Positions 50,286-61,985 of a stretch of 64,000 nucleotides of DNA are shown piece by piece. Numbering within the stretch: the first letter of the stretch is position 1; each line of letters opens with the position of its first letter. The notes below the pieces were generated by a model. That model ran no database searches. It saw nothing but the letters and a program-made list of their open reading frames with translations, and was not told where the DNA came from. The translations under genes and the position numbers were made by a program. The DNA is from Chrysemys picta bellii. Lineage: Eukaryota. The DNA lies in contig NC_088793.1 of NCBI RefSeq assembly GCF_011386835.1, positions 26,784,001 through 26,848,000 of the forward strand. The letters are read 5' to 3'.

Positions 50286-51022
50286 CATATTAAGATGCTG
50301 GGCATGCTATAAGAACACAGACAGGCCACACAGTGAGTTAGTGGCAGAGCTGAGAATCTGACAAGTTCCTTATTCTAGATACCGACATACTGGGTCAGAT
50401 CTTCAGCTGATGTAAATTGCCATAGTTCCATTGACATGAAGCTCCACCGGCTAGATTCTCACCCCACTGCTAGGATGCTTTATAACAGATATTAACGTGG
50501 CTTTAAATTGTGCTGAGATTTCTGTCCCAAATCTACGGTATTCAACATATCATTAACCTTATGCCACACACATCAAGGGAGTAGACACTGCAAAAGGTAT
50601 CTGGTGAGTCTCCAAAAGTAGAAAGCAGTTCTTTCTCTATAGCATCACTTGACATATTGACTGCTCTGGAAACACTGGAGGTGAAGTACCATGCTATGAG
50701 GTGAGGTACCACAACTGCTGCAAAGGATAGCAAACTGGGAAATAAGAGGGGGAAGGGGTCCCAATCTCTTTAGAAACTAGTCAGATTGACAGTAACACTT
50801 CTTTAAGGAACAGGTGGGCGAAACTCATTCAGAATGAGCTGTGAGGGGAAGGGAGTAGAAAGACATTGCTGCACCTTCTTAATGATGAACAGTAGGTCTG
50901 GGCGACACTCTCCCTAGCCCTTTAGCACCTCAGATTAAAAGTTATATATATGGTGCATTTTGCATATGGTAGAAAAGAATCCAGCGTGAGGGAGATAAGC
51001 ACAGCCTGAAATACCTTATGGG

Positions 51023-51432
51023 TAGGCTTGGTAGAATTTGATTTTTATTTTGCTTATAATTTTGATGGGTCATATAAATGGTTATTTTAAGCATTTTTTT
51101 TTCAATTTTTATCAAATTTAAATTTTCACAGTTGTAGGAAATTAAGAGGGGATCAGACAATGGTGGGGGGGGGGTCCAACAATAGTTATTTATTGACAGT
51201 AAATGCTGAGATTCAAAAAGTTAAAGCTTTATAACCGTTTAACCAACATCACATACAAAATAAATATCCTTAAATCAAACTCTAAGAAGTTCTCAACCAG
51301 TATTTTTCTTACCTTGCCTAATTGTAAAGGTCTCTTATTTTTGATCAAAATATTTTTTCATTGGGTTTTCTGCAGAGTGAAATCAATGTTTACCGATATC
51401 TACTGATAAAAAATCTAGTCTTTCCAAGTCTA
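51023..51432. mobile_element. AT-rich hAT-like MITE
   Basis: taggcttggtagaatt / tttccaagtcta; flanking 8-mers cttatggg / ctaatagg (6/8). Confidence 0.65.
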
Positions 51433-51532
51433 CTAATAGGTGACTGGACTTTGTAGAAAATTGATGGCAAGACCCACACAGGATTTCAGAACAACCTCTG
51501 ACTCTATTTTGTTGACTGTCTTATTTAACAGT

Positions 51533-51734
51533 AAAAAGAACAGGAGTACTTGTGGCACCTTAGAGACTAACACATTTATTTGAGCATAAGCTTTTGTGGG
51601 CTACAGCATCCGAAGAAGTGGGCTCTAGCCCACGAAAGCTTATGCTCAAATAAATTTGTTAGTCTCTAAAGTGCCACAAGTACTCCTGTTCTTTTTGCGG
51701 ATACAGACTATCACGGCTGATACTCTGAAACCTG
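51533..51734 (+). mobile_element. 202-bp PLE mini-insertion: inverted pLTR piece plus direct pLTR, 12-bp TSD
   Basis: 51533-51606 is the reverse complement of the pLTR segment; 51606-51734 matches 43822-43950; TTATTTAACAGT flanks both sides (51521-51532, 51735-51746). Confidence 0.93.
51606..51645 (+). ncRNA. Minimal type-I hammerhead ribozyme motif, most intact copy
   Basis: gcat-CCGAAGA-a-gtgggc(tcta)gcccac-GAAA-gc-UU-atgc: 4-bp stem I, 6-bp stem II, palindromic AGCU stem III; predicted cleavage after 51641. Core position 4 is C rather than U. Confidence 0.8.
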
Positions 51735-52739
51735 TTATTTAACAGTGTTAGTTTTTAAATAATCCCAACTAGATTTTGTTGTTAACTCCTCTCCGTGATA
51801 AAGAAGGAGATGCTGGGTTACCTCTGCTTCTGTTTCTCTGGATGAGAGCGAGGTTTTATGAAAGGCTGTACATTCACTTCTGGCAGGAGTGCTATCTCTG
51901 CAACCAACAGGCCTGGAAAATCCTTGGGCAGTATGGATTCCATACAAACCACTCCTGAAGACAAAGTGGGATCTAGCATTTTTCACTAGTCCTTTGAAAT
52001 ATCAGTATATATTTCTCTACACTGAATTTTCTTGCTTTTGTCCATTTATCTTCCAACCTCCATGTTTTCTTTAGTGTTGTTTTGTTGTGCTTGAATATAC
52101 AATTAAGAGAGCAAACTCTCATGCTAAGTCAGTCATCTCAACTCTGCAATTAATAGGGTTGTTGGTGAAAACAGGCAATTCATGTGAGCTTAATTAAACA
52201 TGAAAAGAGGGGAATTTACTCTCGTTCAGTAAAAATATGGTTGATATCCCAAGGTACTGGGACTGTTCAAGCTATGGTTAGTAGAAACCTGATCTGAATC
52301 TCAACTACAGCCTACATAATAATAAAAGGCATCTAAACTGATGCCTAATCCAGCACCTGACTGTTGTACTATGCCACAGAACTTCCTAAAGAGGCACAAC
52401 TATTCATTATTAACCTACCGACCCACAAGAATGCCCAGCACAAAAAAGTACAAAGCCACTGCATATCTCCTGTTTATTCTCCCCCCCCTCACTCTCTGAA
52501 ACGCTCTTCTCCCTCTCCCATCCTCCCCACATTTGTTGCAGGTTTTATTCTGGGGGAAAGCTAACTCGAAGCTGTGTTTTGGAATTCACACTGAAAGTGG
52601 TGAGATTTGTGGTTATTATAATATTCTCCAGTAAGCGAATTCCAAAACCTAGAACACACTGCTGAGAAAGCCCTGCCTCCAGCTCTTACTGCTATTACGC
52701 TTGGGCTTGAAGTTTCATTGTCTTTAAGAAATATAGCTC

Positions 52740-52990
52740 TCAGCGGAGGCCATCACTACAAAGAGAAAGGCACTTTTGGAGGTATTTCAGACCAGTTCCA
52801 TGGAGGGTCTTGAAGACCTGAGATCTTGAATCTGATCCAGTATTCTACTGAGAGCCAGCATAGTGAGCAGAGCACCAGGATGATGTATGCCTGGTGCTTA
52901 GTGTTGGTGAACAGGCAGGCTGCTGTATTCTGGACTAACTGAATTTTTTTAATGTTGGATAGCTCAGACATAGGTATAGTGAGTTGCGAC
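52740..52990 (-). mobile_element. L2 LINE C-terminal fragment
   Basis: ORF 52756-52971 KIQLVQNTAACLFTNTKHQAYIILVLCSLCWLSVEYWIRFKI matches L2 KLQLVQNAAARLL...HITPVLxxLHWLPxxxRIxFK. Confidence 0.88.
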
Positions 52991-53707
52991 AGTCTCTCCT
53001 GGAGACCATGAAGGCGGGGATCACTATGGACATTTGGTTTCTTAACATGTTACTGAGTCCAATACAATATTTGGGGCCAATTCAGCCCTGGGATCTGTGG
53101 AATTGTACTGTTTACATCAGGGCTCAGTACGGAACTCAGAGTTCCCATGTGCACCTTCCGTAACATGAAGACTGTTTGTTCAGCCTGAGTTGTGTCTACA
53201 AAACAGATATTGAAAATAGACACATGGCACCACAGAAAAACATTCCTATATTTTGAAACAAAATTCCTTGTCTCTCACAATACAAGTTTACTCCAGTATC
53301 AAAATAAAATATCTTATACTTCCCTTAGTTTCAGAGACTCCTTCATGAACCTTGTAGTGCTGAACGGTTTTAAATAATTTAAACAAGTAGAAAGGCCGCT
53401 TGTAAAAAATGTGTCACATTAAACTTACTAAAAGACAGCAGTTCACCATCTTCCTAGTGTTTAAAGCTATGACTAAATCAAACTTACAGGAGACCTAAAA
53501 TACCAGAAGATGGTCACAACCTTAATTATGAAGAGGCCACCCTTTATATATAATAATAGATCTATCCACAGTACACATTTGGCTACAATCTAGTCATCTT
53601 TGCTATAATGAATCCCTGTAGACCTTGTGCTCTTGCAATTTAAAGAGAGTGCTCACTGAATCATTCCAGAGCAAAAGAAAACATTTATACTACAAACAAA
53701 CAAACAA

Positions 53708-54200
53708 GGAGGGATGCTCTTGCATTTGGAGCACTGGACTGGAACTTGGGAGATCTGATTTCAGTTCTCTGCTCAGTTACAAACTTCCAGTGTGATCTTG
53801 GGCAAGTCATTTAATCTCTGCATGTCTGAGTTCCCCATATGCAAATTAGAGACTATCATACTTCTTTTCTCCCACCCTTGGTCTGTCTTGGTTATTTAGA
53901 GTGTTAGCTCTTCCGGGAATGGTTTGTCTCTTACTGGAGTATGTTCAGTATCTAGCACATGGGTTCCCAACATGGCATTTGCGACTCCTAAGAACAGGTT
54001 TCTTTATGGCTAGATGGAGGCGGGGGGGGGGGGGGGGGGGAGAGGCGGGTCCTGAAAAGTAAGAAAGGGGGATCCTAAAACTTTTTTTCTGTTGTAAAAT
54101 GGGTCATGGTTGGAAGAAGGTTGTGAACCACTTGCATAGCACAATGGGGCCTTTATCTCTATTTGGGAGCTTTTAGCACCACTTTAAACAAATAATAAAA
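53708..54200 (+). mobile_element. MIR/CORE-SINE interrupted by a hAT-Charlie-like MITE (~53958-54133)
   Basis: tRNA-like head, gtgatcttgggcaagtcatttaatctct core; insert catgggttcccaac ... gttgtgaaccactt with tagca repeated at both junctions. Confidence 0.7.
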
Positions 54201-55943
54201 CAATAACTACACAAAGAAATCCATGGCCTGATTGTGGCAGGATTGGGCTCTTACTTTGCCAGTGTTTTTCTGCATTCCCTGATATTATGTTTTAATGATG
54301 GCTTTCTCCCTTGCAGCTGCACCGCTCCTTTCCTTCTGTTTTATCCTCCAGGGAAGTCATAACCTGTACTTACGAATTCACAGGGTTTTGCCATGGAAAT
54401 AATTTTGACATTCCAAATGAGGGACCCAACAGGTAGTAAAGGTTAGCTGTAATGGAACAAAGCCCTTTATAAATGATGCACAATAGTTTTTGTAATTAGC
54501 AAACATGCTTTTCAAAAAAAGAAATCTTTAGAGAGATGGAAAATGGGAATGAATTTACATATTTTTGAAGTATCTGGAGAATTTTCCTAGTGTGGCTTTC
54601 CCTCATTAAGATCTTTTGGAATGTAATATATGCATGGATGTGTGTCAGCTTTTTAAATGCTCTGGGTTGGATTACCTTTCTACTATCTAACCAGGGTTTT
54701 TTTAAGGTTGCCCATCACTATCGTATCTTCGTGCTTTTCACACAAAAAAGATAAACACAAAGATATGTTAGCCTTTAAATTCTATGGTTACCAAATAAAC
54801 TTTCTTTATACTTTATGAGAGAATCTGAATTCAGCTGTTAGGGCCAGACTTTCAAAAGAGCTCACAACCAGATTTTTAAGTGCTCAGTTCCCACACCTGT
54901 GGCCAGAATTTCAAAAAAGCTTATCTTAAAATTAAACCCCTAAATAAGAGCCAGGATGGAAAACTTCCATTGGTTTCAATGAGGTCAGGATTTCAATTTC
55001 AGAACAGCCTGGCATCCAATGTGCTGATCTCGTTTGAGTATCTTGATACTTATTTTGAAGTCTAAACAAGAGTTGTTATTTTTTTTAAACTGTGCATGCT
55101 GAGCTTTGAAAATCTGACTGTTAGAGACTGGTCTGAAGAGAGGTTTCCTAAAATGTTTCTGAGTCCAAGATCTATATATAGAGAGAAATATGGGAATACG
55201 TTACATGTATCATCCCCCTCCCCAATCACACAAAGAATCGGCTTCACAGTTAATGCTGCCTCCTGGGGGAGGGAGATATTAGGTGCTGGACTAATTTTAA
55301 AGGATGGTCCTTTCGTGGGTGTTTCCATGGGAAGAACAGCCTCCCCCTTTGTTTTAGAATTCATGTGAGCAGGTACAGAGAGTTCCTGGCTTCTACTTAA
55401 GAAATGCAAGACATTTCTATTGTGGTTGTCTAATATGCATAGATGTTTGGCATAACACCCTCCTATTCATGTTGCTAGCGAGGAGAAAGAGGAGATATAT
55501 TGATAGCGAAAACAGCAGTGTTATGGGAAATTGCAGAAAGACAGTAAGAATCTTGCCATTGCCAAGAATACATTCTTTATGTTAACTAGCGTTGTACTAA
55601 AAGTAATGTTGTCTTTTCACGGTTTCTCAGAAACCTATTTAATACAATATTAGAGCACCAAATATGTATTTCATGCTGAAAAACACTACTCTATGAAAAT
55701 TCTATGTCCCAATCTGCTCGCTTTTTATTTGTGCTTTACAGTTTCTTCTGTTAAGTGCATTCTATATAGTTACCTTTAAACAGGATAAATTTACTTTTGC
55801 AGAAGTTTGTGTCTTTATCAGGTATTTGTCACAAATGATTTCATTGTATTTTTTATCAAATGTTTAGATTTTGAGTTAGCACTGAGGGAATACATTTAAC
55901 ATGTTTTCTGTCTATTTGATGTTTCCTCAAAGCAGCCAAACAG

Positions 55944-56123
55944 CATAGAATCTCAAGGTTGGAAGGGACCTCAGGAGGTCATCTAGTCTAACACCCTTCT
56001 CAAAGCAGGACCAATCCCCAGACAGATTTCTGCCCTAGATCCCTAACTGGCCCCCCTCAAGGATTGAACTCACAACCCTGGGTTTAGCAGGCCAATGCAC
56101 AAACCACTGAGCTATCCCTCCCC
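55944..56123 (-). mobile_element. tRNA-derived turtle SINE with PsCR1-type tail
   Basis: Same tRNA head as the other two SINEs; tail catagaatctcaaggttggaagggacctcaggaggtcatctagt nearly matches the CR1 end at 21499-21550. Confidence 0.92.
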
Positions 56124-57479
56124 GCATTGATAGTGCTACTGCGCCTTCTCCCCAACAGGTCCCCATTTGTATTTTTATCTCTCTGTTGCATCTAGTCATA
56201 TAGATTGTGAAATCTCTGGGGGCAAAGACTGGCTTTGTTTTACTTGTTTGTGTACGTTAGCCCTGATTGGGGACCTTTGCTCCACCCCTGAGAATAAATA
56301 ATAAATTCTTATTATTAATAATAATGGCTTCTTATCCAATTTCTATTTAAAAAGCTCATTATAAAATAATTACTATTATCTTCCTCATGGATCCTTAAGT
56401 CATATTTATAGATACATAGATATGATGTATGACTACATCATGTTAGGTGTGTACATGCTGCTGGTAAAAAGCATACAGGATATCCTACTAAATGAACTGC
56501 TCTATGGTCTAGGAAACTTCTCAGAATTCCTGGAGTGATCTTTACATATAGCTGAATTGTTCCTGAATGTTTACATCCTGTAAGGCACACACAGACAGAC
56601 TTCCCTGAAATAAATAGCATGCCCATCTACCCTTGCTCCATCCCCCTCTAGTATACTAAGGGAGAACTGGTTCATTGTCCCGCATTGGTATACTCATCTA
56701 GTTCCCTTTAATATTGCAGTGGAGTGGAACAAGTGAGAATGTCCAGTAAAGTGCTACAGTGCAGTAATTCTCTTTAGCAGGGTTGGACAAGGATCCTCCT
56801 AATTTTGTTGTGATGAGAACTATGTCCCTTGTTCTGCTGTCTTGCATACAGTGGCATGAGTAACAGGGTGAGGAGGCAGCAGGTTTAAAGGCAGAATAAG
56901 ATGGTGACATCTATGGGCACTAGGATGGGCACCAGTGATGCAAGACTCTCACAAGGTTCAGAGTTCAAATAAGTGCCCATAGATTGGATGCTTACCCAGT
57001 GCCTGATCCAAAGCCCAGTGAAATTAATGAAAATACGTTGATTGACTTCAGTGGCCTTTGACGCAGGCACTCAAAACTCAAGTGAATAATCCAAACCCTA
57101 TAGACAGGAAAATCTGGGCTGGAAACCTCATGAGAACAGATTCTTTCACACAATTTCTGACATTTTTATTTCCAGTCATTATGAAAGAACAACTTTCCGT
57201 ATTTTATTTTGTTACTTCTGGTTATACAGCTGCAGGTAGTAATGGGGGAGGGCGGGGGAGCCCACATCCAAACATTAAAAAAAGGTTCAGGTTAGGCTCA
57301 GTTTTAAACATGGACAAAGGTTTACGGAGGTTCATGTTTTATCCAAACCAGTTAAATATCTTTCTTATTAGAGAAGAATTAAGACATCATTCCTACTTTA
57401 TTAGATAAAGCCATCAATACTTAAACATTATTGTAGAGTTGAAATGGTTGTCTTTGTTGATGAATATTATTATTTTTAT

Positions 57480-57780
57480 AGTAGTGCCTAGATTCCTCAA
57501 CTGAGCTCATCTCCCATTGTGCTAGACATTGTGCAAACATATAATAAGAGACAGTCTTTGCTCTAACGAACTTACAGTCTAAACATAAAACAAAGATAAA
57601 GAGTAGGAGAAAGGAAGTATTTTTATTCACAGTTTACAGATGAGGAACTGAGGCACTGAAATATTAAATGGTTTACAAGTTTACACAGGGACTTGTCTAG
57701 GGCAGAGCGAGGAATTGACCCTAGATCTCTAGAGCCCCTGTCCAGTGCCTTCACCCCACAAAAAAACATCCTTCCTCACT
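57480..57780 (-). mobile_element. MIR/CORE-SINE with L2-type tail
   Basis: tgtgctagacattgtgcaaac tail; cagtttacagatgaggaactgaggcactga core. Confidence 0.8.
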
Positions 57781-59877
57781 ATGCAAGTTATCCAGCCTTC
57801 AAGATGGGAAACTTCTCCCAACACTGTTTTTGTGTTTTGTTTTTCCCCGTTTTGTCCAAACGACAACAATCCCTGTGTATATATTTGAATGTCTTACTCA
57901 CGAGACCCTATAAATATGCTAGTGGGTGGACAAGTATTGTTTATTAAGAATTTGAGGAGCTATGTACTTCCTACAATACATTTTGGCATATCCTGAAATT
58001 TGGGCTGGGGTGAGGAGCTGGAATGGAGATCCACCTACCTAATCTTCAGTAAATATTTGAGAATAGAGCCTATTTTTTTCCCCATACACTCTTAAAATGA
58101 CAGAGTAGAATTCAGTTGGATCTCAGTCAGGGAACATGAGGGATAGCCCAAAACATGAAAAATTATTTGACTAATCAAATCATATTATATTTTTCAGAAC
58201 AATTTAAATTTAAACTCAATAATCTGGTTTAATAAAATACATAAGAAACCCATAAAACTTTACACCCAATTTATTATTTAATACTAACCTAAGGTGCATT
58301 ATACCATAATGGCTCTGAATATTTCCTTTCCATTTGTAGGACTATTGGTATTTGCTTTTGCTTGCCATGTTCAGTGACCCGATTCCAAGAAGTATGACAT
58401 CATAGGAGCCTATTTTCCACTTAGTACACACACATAGCTCATGTTATCATTAATGCCCATTATGTACACTTGCACAGTATGGGGCACATTTATTCCTGAT
58501 GTAATCCTGCTGAACTCAAAACTTAAAGCAGAATGAATTTGGCCTTTTAAATCAAAATAAGATGTATGGAATCACAATATGAATTCAGAATGCCCATGTA
58601 TTTAGGTTGATTTGCCTCCGGTCCCAAATTTTACTTTAAGGTATTTTTGTAAATTAGTTTCTTATGATGAATATACTATAAACACTAAATAAATACAACC
58701 CTCCAGTAAAACTGCTGCTAAAACTATTCAGTATCATTCAGCTATGTGGGAACAAAGTCTGGGGTCTAATCTTGATAGCCATGACACCAATTCAGTCAAA
58801 ATCACAACAGTAACCCTACACCTTCAGATCTCTTAAGAGCTGCACACTGCAAGTCAGTTGCAGTGCATTAAAAACAAAACAACAACAACAAAAACTTTAT
58901 TGAATCTACAAATTTACAGGCAATGTTAAATATTTTTATATGCCAATACAAGGTGTTCTATTAAACTGTCTACACATACACCTGTATACAGACATATCAC
59001 TTTTATACAACACTCCCATTAACAAGTTCTGTAAACAAGCAAACATTCTACACAAGAAGGTCTAGTTGCATGAGTGCTATTCGTCTTAAGTGCTGCATAG
59101 TCAGGTTCATAGAAAGTACCCCAGCTGCAATGAATTCAGATCTGATACTAATCAACATGCGGGGGGGAGGGGGGGGGGGGAGAGAGAGGGAACAAAAACA
59201 AAAAAACAAAAACACAGAACTATTGGTGCCACCTCAAACAAAGCAGCAGAACCTCAGAGTTACGAACACCTTGGAAATGGAGGTTGTTTGTAACTCTGAA
59301 ATGTTCATAACTCTGAGCAAAACGTTGTTCTTTCAAAAGTTTACAACTGAACATTGACTTAATACAGCTTTGAAACTTTACTATGCAGAAGAAAAATGCT
59401 GCTTTTAACCATCTTCATTTAAATGAAACAAGAACAGAAACAGTTTCCTGACGTTGTCAAATTTTTTTTTTTAAACTTTCCCTTTATATTTTTAGTAGTT
59501 TACATTTAACACAGTACTGTACTGTTTTTTCCCTTTTTTTGGGGTCTCTGCTGCTACCTGATTGCATACTGCTGGTTCTAAAAACAACAATTGTTGACCA
59601 GTCAGTTTGTAACTCTGGTGTTTGTAACTCTGAGGTTCTAAAGCAGTGGCTCTCAACTTTTCCAGACTACTGTACCCTTTTCTGGAATCTAATTTGTCTT
59701 ATGTACCCCTAAGTTTCACCTCACTTAAAATCTACTTGATTACAAAATCAGACATAAAACAACAAAAGCGTCACAGCACACTTACTGAAAAATTGCGTAC
59801 TTTCTCATTTTTACCATATAATTATAAAATAAATCTATTGGAATATAAATACTGTACTTACATTTCAGTGTATAGTA

Positions 59878-60064
59878 CACCTCTACCCCGATATAATGCG
59901 ACCCGATATAACACGAATTCAGCTATAACGCGGTAAAGCAGTGCTCTGGGGGGGGAGGAGGGGCGGCTGCACACTCTGGCAGATCAAAGCAAGTTCGATA
60001 TAACACAGTTTCACCTATAAGATTTCTTGGCTCCCGAGGACAGCGTTATATCGGGGTAGAGGTG
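59878..60064. mobile_element. Tigger/Tc1-mariner MITE (nest level 3)
   Basis: TA|cacctctaccccgatataatgc ... gcgttatatcggggtagaggtg|TA. Confidence 0.93.
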
Positions 60065-60182
60065 TATATAGAGCAGTATAAACAAGTCATGGTCCGTATG
60101 AAATTTTAGTTTGTACTGTCTTTGCTAGCACTTTTTATGTAGCCTGTTGTAAAACTAGGCAGATATCTAGACGAATTGATTT

Positions 60183-61985
60183 CAGGGGCATAGCTAGGGG
60201 GGGTGCAGGGGGAGCAGCCGCTCCCCCTGAGCACATTCTCCAAAAGTGGTGCCTTAGGTGCCGATTCCCTGGGTGCTCCAGGGCTGGAGCACCCACGGGG
60301 AAAATTTGGTGGGTACAGAGCACCCATTGGCAGCTCCCCGCCCTGCCCCCCAGCCCCAGCTCACTTCCGCCTCCTCCCCTGAACGTGCCTCCCACTCTGC
60401 TTCTCTGCCCCTCCCCCCTGGCTTCCCGCGAATCAGCTGTTTGTGCAGGAAGCCAGGAGGGCACAGAAGCAAGCGGTGGCTTCGCGTTCAGGCCCAAGGA
60501 GGCGGAGGCGGAGTGGAGGTGAGCTGGGGTGGGGAGCAGTTTCCCTGTGCGCCCTCCCCCGGGTTGCCTGCTGCGGGAAGCGGAGTAACGCGGCCCCAGC
60601 CTGCTCCACTTCCCTTGCCCGGGCTCCAGTCGTGTCACGGGGAGGATTGGGGAAAGGTCCCTCCTCGCCCCCACCCCCTGCACTCACCAGCAGTGGCGGG
60701 AAGCGGAGCAATGCAGCCCCAGCCTGCTCCACTCTGCCAGCTCCCAGCTGCATCACTCCGCTTCCTGCCGTCGGTAAGTGCGGGGAGGTTGGGTTAAGGT
60801 CCCCCCTCCCCTGCACTCACCGGCGGCAGGAAGCGGAGTGCCGCAGCTGGGAGATGGCGGAGTAGAGTTGGCTGGGGCCGAGCTGCTCCGCTTCCACCGC
60901 TGCAAGTGAGTGCAGGGGGGGAATCCCTTCCCCCAAACTCCCTCCCCTGAGCGACACGGCTGGGGGGGGCGAGGGAACCGGAGTGGGCTGCTCCCCGTCT
61001 CCTGCTAATCCCCTGGGCCACTCTGCATTAAAACATAGATGTGCTTAGGGTTATTTTTTTAATGTAGCATTAAAAGCTGCTGCATTTTCTATGTTAAGAC
61101 ATAAGGTATTGCATAGTCTGCATTGATTTCCGTCCCTAAAGTCCACACTGTTGTTTGTAAGGGTATGGTTCGTTGAAGCAGTTAAGATTTACCTCCGAGT
61201 ATCTCTCAGTACGTTATTCATGCCTGGGCCTACATTGTACTCTCTGTAAGTACACTGCAGCCGTGCAGAGATCTACAGCTCTATACGTTGCACCCCAGGC
61301 ACAGATCTGTAGATGCAGCCTCCAATGGTCAAGAACGTCTAGCTCTGTCTTGCTCCCTGGAAATGTACTGCTTTGACGTGCGTTGTCACTTTCCCGGGTG
61401 TCACATTTGCCTGGATGTTTGGGGAGTGGGGGAAGTTTGGATGCAAGTTCCGTCCGTACTTTTCACAAAGTTGCTCAAGCCCTTAGGGCAGCAAAGTTGC
61501 CTCTGTGTTATTTTTTTAACATGATTATTTCAAATGCCTTTCCCCTCTACATACTCCCTCCCTCCCCATTGCATTGCGCTGGATCTCTGGAGTTTAAGCT
61601 TGTGTGCTGACACCCAGCCCTAGACTTGCCCTCCACTCCGGACGGTCTCTTCCCTTCACAGCTGCTGCTCTACCTCCTGCTGCTCCAGCTACACTTTACT
61701 GCTCAGGACTTCGGGCAACTTTTCTTCCCAGCCTCCTCTCCCTCCCTCTATACCTCCTCAGGCAAAGGATTGCACTTTTGCTGCTCCAGATCCGGTGCTG
61801 GCATTTTTCATATTTATTTTCACTATTAAAAGGCATAAAGCTTCTGGGTCTTGGAGGTAATTCGGTGGCGGGTCCTTCTTTCTTCTGCGGCAAGACTTGG
61901 GTTTTTCTTTTCTTTTCCTTCGTGGCGGATGGCGCCTTTTTTATGTGTTTGCTCCCTCTGCTGTTAAAACCTGGCTACGCCACTG
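60183..61985. mobile_element. hAT element with CAGTGGCGTAGC-type TIRs (nest level 3), expanded by internal inserts
   Basis: caggggcatagctagg / cctggctacgccactg; TSD attgattt / gttgattt (7/8); contains another hAT-like terminus at 60253. Confidence 0.88.

Noticed and set aside
60135-60865. Cluster of 120-180 aa ORFs on both strands
   Set aside because: Stop-poor because of GC-rich MITE repeats; Pro/Gly/Ala/Arg low-complexity translations.
61410-61510. Tip100/DUF4371 transposase remnant (minus-strand GNF...KY...SPNIQ)
   Set aside because: Needs a frameshift and read-through of stops, and the expected downstream FSxxxDE motif is absent; too weak to call.
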